From contig CM075977.1 of assembly GCA_038087875.1 (NCBI GenBank), forward strand, positions 58,962,001-59,026,000: DNA of 64,000 nucleotides, given 5' to 3'. Under the pieces are notes generated by a model that made no database searches, was not told where the DNA came from, and saw only the letters and a program-made list of their open reading frames with translations. The number at the start of each line of letters is the position of its first letter. Positions within the stretch are counted from its first letter, which is position 1. This document shows positions 25,710 to 37,064 of the stretch, piece by piece. A program made the position numbers and the translations under genes. This stretch comes from Malacoraja senta. Lineage: Eukaryota.

Positions 25710-28438
25710 AAGAGACACCAGAAGACAGCTATTCTATCGGACATTCCACCAATTGAACAACCAGAGCACCAGATGGACACTAGTCCTCCAAAGTGGAGGG
25801 AGGTGGAACAGACAGTAAAGCGGGCAAGAGCATCTTCAGCCCCAGGGCCAAATGGGGTTCCGTATCGACTCTACAAGGGTGCTCCTGATGTTCTTCGTTC
25901 CTGTGGAGGCTAATGAGAGTGGCTTGGGAGAAGAGAGTCATACCCAAAGCATGGCGCAGGGCAGGAGGAATCCTGATTCCGAAAGAGAAGGAATCCACAG
26001 ATATCAGCCAATTCCGCCATCAGTCTCCTCAATGTAGAGGGTAAAATCTTCTTCAGCATCATAGCTCAGAGGATGACTAGCTATTTAGAGAGAAACAACC
26101 TTGTGGATACAACAGTCCAAAAAGCAGGCATCCCAGGGTTCTCTGGATGTCTCGAACATTCCAGCATGATTTGGCACCAAATCCAGACTGCAAGAAAAGA
26201 GAAGAGAGATCTGCATGTCATTTTCCTTGACCTTGCCAACACGTTCGGAACTGTCCCTCACAGTTTCCTCTGAGTATCCTTTGACTTCTTCAGGATACCA
26301 GAGACTATCACAAGCCTTGTCAAGGCTTATTTTCAAGATCTGCAGCTCTGTTTCACCACGCCTGACTTCACGACCACATGGCACTGCATGGAGATTGGCA
26401 TTATGGCGGGGTGTACCATCTCCCCATTGATTTTTACAATGGCTATGGAAGTCATCATAAGGGCCTCCAAGTGGGTAGTGGGTGGCGAGCGGCTGAAGTT
26501 TGGAGTCCGTCTACCACCCATCAGGGCCTACATGGATGACATGACAATCATAACAACAACAGCACCTTGCACCAGGGGCCTTTTAGGGAAGCTTCAAGAG
26601 AACATCACTGGGGTCAGAATGAAATTCAAGCCATCCAAATCAAGAAGCATTTCTATAATCAGGCAAACTGACAGATCAAAGGTTCTTTATTGATCAAGAA
26701 CCTATCCCAACTGTCAGAGAAGCCAATCAAAAGTCTGGGAAGATGGTATAACTCTAAATTGAAGGACACTGATCAGGCTAACGAGTTTAGGCAAGAAGTC
26801 ATCAAAGGTCTGGCGAACATCGACCGATCCATGCTGCCTGGAAAGCTGAAAATCTGGTGCCTGCAGTTTGGGTTACTACCTCGCCTTATGTGGCCACTAA
26901 CCATGTATGACATCACTCTCACAAGAGTCGAGAAGATGGAAAGAACAATCAGCTCTTTCGTGAGAAAGTGGTTAGGTGTTCCTCGGTGCCTGAGCAGCGT
27001 AGGCCTGTACGGTCAGGGGGTACTCCAGCTGCCTCTCTCCAGCCTCACATAGGAGTTCAAGTGCACTAAGGTCAGACTAGAGATGACTCTGGCAGAATCA
27101 AGGGACACTGTCATCCAAGCTGCTGCTCCAACCCTGGCAACAGGAAAGAAGTGGACGGCTAAGAATGCGACACAGCAGGCAAAATCTGCTCTCCACCAAG
27201 ACGACATGATATGGCAAATCCAACACGGAAGAAGTGGCTTGGGGCTTGGCAGAAAGCGACCTTGCTGCAACAAGGCATCATCACTGGAGCGCCGGAGGTT
27301 GGTCGCGGCCGAACTCCGCCGACAGGAGGAGTCTAGTAAGTGTGCCAAGGCTGTGTTGCAAGCTAAACAGAGCCAGTCGATGAGATGGGAGAGTGTGGAA
27401 AAGAGGAAGATCAGCTGGAAGGACATGTGGGAGATGGAGGCGAGCAGGATAAGTTTCCTCATTCGGGCAACCTATGATGTCCTTCCTAGCCCAAAATATC
27501 TTAATCAATGGCTGGGCGAAGATCCATCATGCCCCCTGTGTTCAACACCAGCCACACTTAAGCACATCCTCACTGGGTGTAAAGTAAGCCTCTCCCAGGG
27601 ACGGTACACCTGGAGACATAATCAAGTGCTCAAATGCCTGGCAGCGACTCTGGAAAGCAGGATAACAGCCAACAATGCCCTGCCGCCCAGAACAACCAAC
27701 CCAGTTAAGACAATTGCCTTTGTTCCGGAGGGGGAACAATTCCACCAAGGACCAGGTTTGGACAGCTGGAGGCAGCCCGGGATTGGCAGATGCTGGTGGA
27801 TGTGGACCAACGGCTTACAGTTCCATCAGAGATAGCCATCACCAACTTGAGGCCTGATCTTGTGCTCTGGTCGAACTCTCAGCGCATGGTGTATCTTGTG
27901 GAGCTCACAGTCCCTTGGGAGGATGCTGTGCAGGAAGCCTTCGAAAGAAAGAAACTGCGATATACAGAGCTTGCAGCGGAGGCAGAACAGCGGGGCTGGA
28001 GAGCTAAGATCTGCCCGGTAGAAGTTGGAGGTCGAGGATTCGTGGCAACTGTAAGGACCTGGGGATCAGCAGACAAGCCCTACGCCAGGCCGTCAAAGAA
28101 ACATTACGGGTAGCAGAGTGGAGTAGCCAGTGGCTCTGGCTGAAGGGCAAAAAACTCATTTGGTCTCCCAAATCACCGACTAGACAGATGCAGAGGGGGG
28201 TGGTTCTGGGACGCCAGAATGCACCGCTGACTACTGGAGACGTCATGGGTCCAATCAGCGAAACGTCGATGAAAGTAGGTACCCACTTGATAACCCCAAT
28301 GACGTGTGTGCCTAGCCTTTCTCAACATCGGAGGAGCATAGGTGAGTGCATAAGGCTCCCATCACCACCGGGAGCAAGTTGATATTTGGCACTTTCGATT
28401 TTTTTAACATCTTGTCCTGTGTATTTGGAAACATCCAG
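25710..28438 (+). mobile_element. HERO-clade (RLE) non-LTR retrotransposon, 5'-truncated
   Basis: RT motifs QKAGIPGFSGCLEH, FLDLANTFGTVPH, GIMAGCTISP and AYMDD. Zinc knuckle CPLC..TLKHILTGC, then RYTWRHNQVL. Endonuclease RPDLV..ELTVPWE..ERKKLRY. Flanked by a 33-bp direct repeat. Confidence 0.9.
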
Positions 28439-28439
28439 A

Positions 28440-28540
28440 CACCCAAGCATCTTTCCAGGTAAAGCAATGATTCACTTGCACTTTTTCAAATTTTGTGTAC
28501 TGCATTCATTATTCACAATATTGTCTCTCTACATTGGATT
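28440..28540 (+). mobile_element. Old Penelope GIY-YIG fragment (HERO insertion target)
   Basis: CCCAAGCATCTTTCCAGGT..TTCACTTGCAC..CTCTACATTGG, similar to 23565-23665. Confidence 0.6.
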
Positions 28541-28624
28541 AACCAATTGATTCAATGATACTTTAATATGTACCTAGGTACCGTGAAATGCTTTGTTTTG
28601 CATATAACCCAGTAAAATCATACA

Positions 28625-30290
28625 GCGATTGATCCTTGAGGTTAACTACTAGTCACAGGCCATCAAAAAACAACCTTCCACCACCACCCTCTGCTTCTTA
28701 CGGTGAAGCCAATTCTGTATCCATTCAGTTAGCTCTCCTGGATCCCATGCGATCTAATGTTCTAGAGCTGCCTACCATGCAGAAACTTATTGAAAACCTT
28801 GCTAAAGACCCATTAGATTATGTCTACGGCCCTGCCCTCATCAACCTTCTTTATTACTTCTTCAAAAAACTCAATCCATTTTGCAAGACATGACCTCCAA
28901 TGCACAGAACCATGATGACTATCCTAATCTACTCCTGGCTGTAGTAAATAATGGTTTTTTCTGTGCAAACCATCTTAAACAGAGGCACAACGTTAGCCAC
29001 CCTCGAGTCATCTGGCACCTCACCCATGTCTAATGATGATTTGTACATCTCAATTATGACTCCTGCAATTTCTTCTCTACCTTCCCACAGTGCCCTTGGA
29101 TATAACAGATCAAGCCCAGGAGATTCATCTACCTTCAAATGTCTTAGGACATCTTTGCACCTCCTCGATTGTAATACAGATTGTGCTCAAGACATCTCCA
29201 TTAACCTTCCCAAGTTCCCTGTCCTCATGTCTTTCTCTGCGGTGAAAACAGAGAAGAAATATTCATTGAGGCTGTTTCCTATTGCTCCACAAATAGATGA
29301 CCGCCTTTGTTTATGATGGATCCAATTCTCTCTTTACTTAACCTTTTTGCCTTAATATACTTGTAAATCTCTTTGGATTCTGCTTAATCTTCTCCACCAG
29401 AGCTATCTCATGTCCCCTTTTTGCCCTCCTGATTTTCTTCTTATTTATGTTCGTTATTCCCTTATACTCCTCCGGAGTACACTTGATCCCAGTTGCCTAT
29501 ACCTGACCCATGTCTCCTTGTTTTCCTGACCAATACCGCAATTTATTTCATCATCCAGTGTTCCTTACTTCTGCCTCCCTTGCTCTTCACTCTAACAGGA
29601 ATGTATGTACCCTGAACTCTCACTATCATTCTTTTAAAAGCATCCCATTTTCTGGATATCTGTTTGCCCACAAACAACCTACCGCAATCAACTTCTGCAA
29701 GTATCTCTCTAATGCTATTAAAGTTGGCCTTTCACTTGTCAACCAGCTCTGCCCTTATCCATAACCATTTTAGAGCTAAAAGAACTGTGATCGCTGATCC
29801 TGAAAGGTTCACTATTACTTCATTCACTTGCACTGTCCAATTCCCCAAGAGTAGGTGAAGTTTTTCACTCATCATTGTATGTTTACCTGAGGAAACTTTC
29901 CTGAGCACACTTGACAAATTTCACCCCACCTTGGCATTATGGCAGTCCCAGTCCATATTGGGGAAGTTAAAATCCCCTACCACGACAACCCTATTCGTCT
30001 TGCTCCACAATCTTCTGGCACATTTGTACCTCTAATTCCCATTGACTATTTCTGCGCCTACAGCACAATCCCAACAAGGTGATCATTTCCTTTTTATTTC
30101 CCAGCGCCCTCACATACATCCTCACTGAATGATGCTTCATGAATTTCACCTTGCACTATTAATATGATATTCAATCAATCAATAAACCAAGTCTCCCTCC
30201 TCTTATACCCTAACCCTCGCCTGTAGCCTGGAACACCAAGCTGGCAGTCCTGTCCCTTTTTTTTGCCAGGTTTTCATAATGGCTATAACG
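28625..30290 (-). mobile_element. Older CR1 LINE ORF2 fragment (endonuclease to RT)
   Basis: MKVDESPGLD.LYPR.L.E.REEIA and RVANVVPLFK. VVVGDFNFPNMDW near 29945-29990. Confidence 0.85.
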
Positions 30291-30772
30291 TCCAGTTGTG
30301 ACAAAGGGCCTACAACATGAAAGTTAATTCTGTTTCTCTTCTCACCCACGTAGCCTGACTTGATGAGTATTTAGCATTGTTTGATTTTCACTCTCGTGAG
30401 CTCAAGAGCTTGGTTTGGTCAAGATAATGTTCTAGGATGTTTGTGTTCACAATGACAGTATGTACTTTGATCAGAAGGTCACCGATCTGATGCAGGCCTG
30501 AAAGCAGCTTATGGACAATTCTTTGCAGGCCTGAAAGAAAATGTCAGAAATGAGTGTTCTTATGTACACACCAAAAACAAACTTGTATTAACCCTCTGAG
30601 GCGATGTATTTTAAAGGGCCAACACTCAAACTGCATTCCTTGTGCTCACTGAGATGTGTGACCTTATACCAACTTAACTTTTTGTTTTATTCTGATTATA
30701 TGTTTTGTAATCTGCTTATTAAATTTTGTAAGGCGTCCTTGAGACTCTTTGAAAGGCGCCCATAAGTATAAT

Positions 30773-30773
<1 letters not shown>

Positions 30774-30803
<30 letters not shown>
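30774..30803. repeat. (TAA)n microsatellite, probably a retroposon tail
   Basis: Visible tandem run. Confidence 0.85.
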
Positions 30804-30805
<2 letters not shown>

Positions 30806-31494
30806 TACAAGTTCACATGTGTAGCTGGGGTACTTTGCTAGTGCAGGGTAAGCGTCATGCTTATTTTCAACTTTCTAACTTAAGGATGAAATCTGGGTTG
30901 TTGCTGCTGCTGAACTCTGCTACACCTCCTTGGGAGGTCACTCGACTCCGTGGAGAGAAGATTCCATTAAGTTTTCCAAATGCAAACAACCAAGACAGAG
31001 CATTGAGCCTTCATTAACGTTTCCCCAAAGTCTTAATATGGGTATTCATGGACTGAACTATTTTTTCATGTCTTATATTTTTTTACAGAGTACTATGTTT
31101 ATTTATATTACTAAAAGTCTGATCTTGACCACTTCCTGTTGTTCTGTATATTGATTTTAGAAAAGATGCTGCCACTTACGGCTGTGATTTTTGGCCATCT
31201 TACTCAGATTCCCCCTCTGCTGCGCAGGACAAGAGGATTTTTCCCATCGATGAAAAATAAAACTTATGAGTGTTTTAAAAATGTTGAGGTTCTCTCTCCT
31301 GAAGGCCACACCCCTTCCGGAGGGACTATAAAACCCGGAAGTGTTGAGTGCCTCAGTCAGTCTCTGCAAGATGGGGGAGTGAGAGGGTCACATCTCTGTC
31401 TGAGCTGTGAATAACGCTGAACACATGTCTGCTAAACTGTGAGTGTGGTTTTACTGACCTTGAGTGCCCTTAATGTGGTTTGAAAATGAAAATG

Positions 31495-31630
31495 TGGTTG
31501 GTTTGAAACAAAGCACAGCAAATGGTTGGTGGTGGTTGGTTTGAAACAAAGCACAGCAAATGGTTGGTGGTGGTTGGTTTGAAACAAAGCACAAAGCACA
31601 GCAAATGGTTGGTGGTGGTTGGTTTGAAAT
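31495..31630. repeat. ~38-bp minisatellite, about 3 copies
   Basis: GGTTGGTTTGAAACAAAGCACAGCAAATGGTTGGTGGT units. Confidence 0.9.
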
Positions 31631-32054
31631 GGCAAATGATTAAAAGTCTAAACTTGACAACTTCCTGTTTGCACTGTATATTGATTTTAGATAATACGCT
31701 ACCACTTACGGCTGTGATTTTTGGCCATCTTACTCAGTCCCCCTCCGCTCATCAGGTGCAGAAGATTCTTCCCATCAATGAAAAATAAAAGTGTTATTAG
31801 TGTTTAAAAAATGTTGAGAATCTCTCTCCTGTCAATCACACCATGAAGGCCACGCACCTTCCGGTGGGAGGGGGCAGGGATTATAAAACCTGGAAGTGTG
31901 GGTGTGGTTCAGTCTCTGCAAGATGGGGGAAGGAGAGGTCACGACTCTGAGCTGTGAATCAACTGAACACACTGAATGTCTACTGAACTGTGAGTGTGGT
32001 GTTTATGTGGTGTTTTGTGTTGTTTAATGGTGGTTTTATGATGGTTTCACCCGG

Positions 32055-32245
32055 CTTGAAATGGTATGAAACTGCATTTGAATGTGGTAGCCTTGCACCC
32101 TGCATGAAATGGTATGAAACTGCATTTGAATTTGCTGGCCTTGCACCCTGCTTGAAGTGGTATGAAACTGCACTTGAATTTGGTGGCCTTGCACCCTGCT
32201 TGAAGTGGTATGAAACTGCACTTGAATTTGGTGGCCTTGCACCCC
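32055..32245. repeat. 48-bp minisatellite, 4 copies
   Basis: CTTGAAGTGGTATGAAACTGCACTTGAATTTGGTGGCCTTGCACCCTG units. Confidence 0.95.
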
Positions 32246-33384
32246 GCTGCCATGATTTAAGCCCCGATCTTTGCAAGACACGGCCGATATCATATCGGGG
32301 CCTAAATAACATTTTTCGCATCATCATTTTAAAATGAGACCACACCAAAAAGCAAGATAAGATGTTAAGTAAATGACATACCTTTTGTTTTTGTCCTGCA
32401 CTTGCGATCCGTGTTGTTGAAGGCATTAGAAGTTGCGTTTAACTTCAATACAGCGATGCAATCGACCAGCAACTTAAAAAAAAAAATGGGAACAGAAGCG
32501 CAGTATGAATTTTCTTCATCAGCTAGCAGTCCGAGCAAATCCCTCTCCGACAACCAATACAAAGCTGCATTTTAATCCCACCCCCCTCTTCCTCCCAAAG
32601 CCTACGGAATCGCATGTACAGGCAGTGGGCAGATTTGGAGCTCCACTGATGGTAGGGTTTTGTAACATCACTACATTAAATAGCAACAATTCCCTGCTGC
32701 TGGAGGAGTACTGCTTGTAGTGTGGTATGTCCTTATAAATGCTGGCTGCCAGTTCTCAGCTGCAAGTTTAAGTGCCAGCATCTTAGAGACCTCTTAGGGC
32801 TAACAGAATCAAAAGATATGGGGAGAAAGCAGGAACGGGGTACTGATTTTGGATGATCAGCTGGCTCGAAGAGCCGAATGGCCTATTCCTGCACCTATTT
32901 TCTATGTTTCTATCTGCCTCATTGAAAACGACACAGCACAGTGAAATCCAAATACTCTTTTCTGTGAACTTTACAATTGAAGATCATGATCTTTATGGGA
33001 CTTTGACAAATTGTATTAGGTGGCCCACAGTGCTACTTAAATGACATTAGTGGCAATAAATCAGTATGTGGACTGCTCTTGACTTTCAGAAGGTTATTTT
33101 ACTTTATATTTTCTTGTGTAATATTTCCTTTCCCCAATGGTTTTTCTTCCCTTATCTTTTGATTGTGAGAATGGCCCAGTGAATTTGCTGCCTCCATTCC
33201 TACCATTTTGATTTGAGATTTTATTACATAAGTCTATCATTATTTAAATTGCTTGCAGTGACATTGTAAATGATATAACTACATACGTGGACTGCAAAAT
33301 GATAAGAAAATTGATCTGCTTTAACAAAACCCATAATTCAAAAATAGCAATTTATGTGGCCATCAGCCATTGGCATATAATGCT

Positions 33385-33540
33385 ATTGACACAGTTGTTG
33401 CCTCACAGCGCCAGTGACCCAGGTTCAGTCCTGACCTTCAGTACTGTCTGTGTGGATATTCCACCCTGTGAATGCAATTTTTACTTTGGGTGCTCCGTTG
33501 TCCTCTCAGATCCCGAAGATGTGTAAGTTGGCAGGTAGTG
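33385..33540 (+). mobile_element. Degenerate V-SINE 5' part
   Basis: GCCTCACAGCGCCAGTGACCCAGGTTCAGTCCTGACC, with a B-box-like motif. Confidence 0.7.
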
Positions 33541-33570
33541 AATAACATTCAGACCTACCCAACTTCTTTC

Positions 33571-33702
33571 TTCTTCTTGCGTATGGTGTGCACAGCCTAA
33601 AGTTGTAGGACAACTTGTTCTATTTGACCTTGTTTGATTGTGCACGCCAGGTTGATTGCATTCGTTGAAACAGGGCGGACCATGTGAAGGTTGCAATCTC
33701 CC
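33571..33702 (-). mobile_element. Short retroposon with HDV-like ribozyme head, copy 2 (about 5 nt 5'-truncated)
   Basis: Homologous to 3185-3317. TSD AACTTC(T/C)TTC at 33561-33570 / 33703-33712. Core reads GATTGCA-ACC-TTCACAT-GGT-CCGCCCT-G-TTTCAA-CGAA-TGCAATC. Confidence 0.85.
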
Positions 33703-34406
33703 AACTTCCTTCAATGGAGAAACAGAGAGGTCAGTTCACACTCGATAGAAGGCACGGGATAAACAGATTAGGGAAGGTCAATTGCACTTTAAATAATGCC
33801 TTGCAGCATTTCTCTCAAGTTATAAGGCAATGTTACACTCCGCAGTAGGATATACTTGTGCTCATTACACCTGCTTGTCTCCAGAAAAAAGGATGGAGAT
33901 GAAGTTTCAGATTCAATAATCTCCTTGCACACTACATATCCATTAATCTAGCACACTAGGGCTGGAGTTGTGAATGCAGCATATGACAGATTTTAGTCAC
34001 ACCTCTAGTCAAGAATTGGTCCCTTCTTGGAAATATGGGAAAAGCAATTTTTCCTGTCAGACCCTCAGTGGACATAGTCTTTTGCAGAGAGTTAAATTCC
34101 TCCTTCCTGTAACATTGAATCTGTTTCTCTTCCCACTGATACTGTCTGACCTGCTAAATTGTTTATTTTACTTTGGAGTCACGTGAGTGACTACGTGAAG
34201 AAGCCCGCCAGCCTGCATGCGCCGTCAATACGTCTAACGCATGGCGCACGACTGGCTGGGAGGAGCGTCGCTCCTCCAGCGGTAAGTTTCAAACCCTGCA
34301 GGTAAGTTTTAAACTTATTCTCAGGTCGTGTTTTTTGGTTGGTGAAATCTCTTTTACCGAGTTTTGCTGCGGATATGGAAATCCAGGGCGAAATCCAGAC
34401 GGACCA

Positions 34407-35300
34407 TGGGGAAACCGGCTACGGAGGACCGCGGGAGTGCGGGTAGCCGGCAGCCGTCGGGTTCGCCGCCCGAGTCACTAACAGTGCGGTCAGCGACTTC
34501 AGACTTGATGCTTGCCAAAGCACTTTGGCGACCCCGAAAGGGGGTAAAGCCAAACGGAAGTCTGAAAGGCCTGTGGACTCGGACGAGTCGGGCCAGGAGA
34601 GTTCCCCTCCGACAAATATGGGTAGCGTCCTCGGGCGTTTATCCCAGATGGAGCACCTCATGGAGAGGATGCCCATCATAATATGCTCCGTGATACGGAG
34701 ACATATCAGCACAGGTTTACTTTGGTACCTGTGGCAGCGCCTGTTTCAGGGCTGCTTAATATCTCCCATTCTGAGGAGGGGAGTGTCAGGGGTCAGTATA
34801 TGACTGACTCCGAATTTGGAGGTATGTCCATGGAACATCCTGAATGCATGCATGAGGATCAAGAATTGCCTGCCATGGCATCAGGGTTTGCGATACCCTC
34901 ACAAACAAGGGAGCCGCTGCAAGAACAGCTGGCTTCCAGCATCAGGGTTTGCGATACCCTCACAAACAAGGGAGCCACTGCAAGAACAGTTGGCTTCCAG
35001 CATCAACTACCTCATGTCACATCATTACACGAACAGGTGACGGCTTCAAAATTCCATACACCTGTCAATTGTGCATCCCTGAAAGTGCCGGCAGTGAACA
35101 GCTCTATCTGGGGGTACATTGGAGAAAAATGGGGCATCAAAGCCCAAGAAATGAAACTCCAAAGAATTTTAAATTGCTGGCTTCAGGCATCACAGCATTT
35201 GCCAGGCAATGTCCAGCCGCCGAATCTTCTGTTCGGGGAAGATCTACCCAACAGGTTAAAAACCTGGATGAGGTAGCAAAAGTTCTCGGGCTAATCTAGG
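34407..35300 (+). pseudogene. DIRS ORF1 (gag-like) remnant
   Basis: Position after the left ITR. TPVNCASLKVPAVNSSIW and NLLFGEDL. 60-bp tandem duplication near 34880-35003. Confidence 0.65.
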
Positions 35301-36039
35301 CACCAACTACGAGCAAGGCTTCACCATTTTGGCGACAACACCCCTACGCATCCATCAGCAGTAAGTGGTTCGCTGAAGCTGGTGGTAGCTCGAAAGCTGA
35401 TTTCTCTGGGCAGAGGTCTTTTTTAGGCCAACAGCCAAGCTGGCCTTCATGGAGAATGCGCAATCCATGCACCCGAGCAGTTCTATCCTCCAAACCTCGA
35501 GGACGGAAATAGAATCCGTATCAGGGGCCTTTGGGGCCTGCCATAAGACCACCGGTAACCATTGAGGTAGGTGGGTCTTGTTCTTTCCGGAACATGTGGT
35601 GTGTGGATTAGTTACAAGTTAGTGGTAGATTACACTTGTTTTTGCACAAATGACGGTGGATAACATCAGACCAGTTTATACTGCATAGTATACAAGGGTT
35701 CCAAATTGAAGTTCCTCTTAACTCATTGCCACCCATACAACATACACCAAGTCGCATTTATTCATTCCAAACAAGAAGGTTTGGATATACAAGCAGAAAT
35801 TCATAAATTACACACAACAGGGGTAATCGAGAGGAAGCAAAAGCTGTTGGGTTAATTATAGCACCCACGACGAGCAAAGCTTCACCGCTTCGGCGACAAC
35901 ACCCCTGCGTCTCCAGAAAAGTAAGATGGAGGATGTCGGATCATCTTTGATTTAACTCAACTTAACTCACATGTGCAGTATAGACATTTAAAATGGGGGA
36001 TCACCGGAGATATTTCAAATTTAGCTGGATGATTACAAA

Positions 36040-36330
36040 CTGATGCTAGTGCTCAAGGATGAGGAACTACTAATATCATCTCTAGTTGCGGAGGCAAAAG
36101 GGGATGTGCATGAGTTACCAATTCTTCAGATATATGGTATCAACTATCTGGAGATACTAGGGGCATTCTATGGGTTAAAGGCTTATTGTGGGAATATTTA
36201 TAATCTGCATGTTCAACTACAAGTTGATAACACTACGGCGGTGGCATATATTAATCACATAGTGAAATCAAGTCAGTATCCTGCGATAGTTTAGCTAACC
36301 TCATTTGGCGCTGGTGTATCGTCACGTAAA
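36040..36330 (+). pseudogene. DIRS RNase H remnant
   Basis: TDASAQG, INYLEILGAFYGLKAY and VDNTTAVAYINH. Confidence 0.85.
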
Positions 36331-36377
36331 TTTAATGATAACAGAATGGATGTTGGATCACAAAGTATTTAATGAAT

Positions 36378-37014
36378 ATCGATTTGTTTGCATCTAGGCT
36401 CAAACACCAATTGCAAAAATATGTGGCATGGGAGCCACACCCAGGGGCAGTGGCGATAGACGCATTCACTCTACACTGAGGAGGAATGTTCTTTTATGTC
36501 TTTCCTCCATTTTGCCTCATCGGTCGGGTCTTGCAAAAAATCCAGCAAGATTCTGCTTCAGGCATTTTCGTAGTGCCTGACTGGCCTATGCAGCCATGGT
36601 TCCTGCTGATGTTGGGAATGATAATAGAACCTTATATGGTTATTTCTAAACACAAACATCTGTTGGTTCATCCCGTGACTCGCGAAGCCACCCTCTGCAT
36701 GATAGAATCAATTTTATGTGGCATAGGAGCCAGACCCAGGGGCAGTGGCGATAGATGCATTCTCGCTACACTGAGGAGGAATGTTCTTTTATGCCTTTCC
36801 TCCATTTTGCCTCATCACTCGGGTCTTGCAAAAAATACAGCAAGATTCCGCTTCAGGCTTTTTCGTAGTGCCTGACTGGCCTATGCAGCCATGGTTCTCG
36901 CTGATGTTGGGAATGATAATAAAACCTTATATGGTTATTTCTAATCACAAAAAATTGCTGGTTCATTGGGTGACTCGGGAAGCCACCCTCTGCATGATAG
37001 AATCAATTTATTGA
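36378..37014 (+). pseudogene. DIRS Dam-like methyltransferase domain, 3' part tandemly duplicated
   Basis: IDLFASRL, AIDAF, FY(V/A)FPPF and VVPDWPMQPWF. A ~296-bp unit appears twice (~36420-36715 and ~36716-37011). Confidence 0.85.
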
Positions 37015-37064
37015 CTTGCAGACTCCAAAAAGACCGTTCCTGGGGCTCGGGTTGTCAGACCGAA

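Larger units (their letters stand above)
31100..32675 (+). mobile_element. Composite non-autonomous element, probably Helitron-type, with internal duplication and minisatellites
   Basis: 5' TATATTACTAAAAGTCT resembles the Helitron heads at 51627 and 52729. 31110-31500 is duplicated at 31640-32010. The 3' part (32249-32670) recurs at 42372-43570. No terminal CTAG seen. Confidence 0.5.

Noticed and set aside
31495-32245. Regular repeats as a CRISPR array
   Set aside because: Units are contiguous tandem copies with no unique spacers, the context is eukaryotic and there are no cas genes.
36378-37014. Methyltransferase as bacterial or phage horizontal transfer
   Set aside because: It sits at the normal position of the DIRS MT domain, between RNase H and YR.
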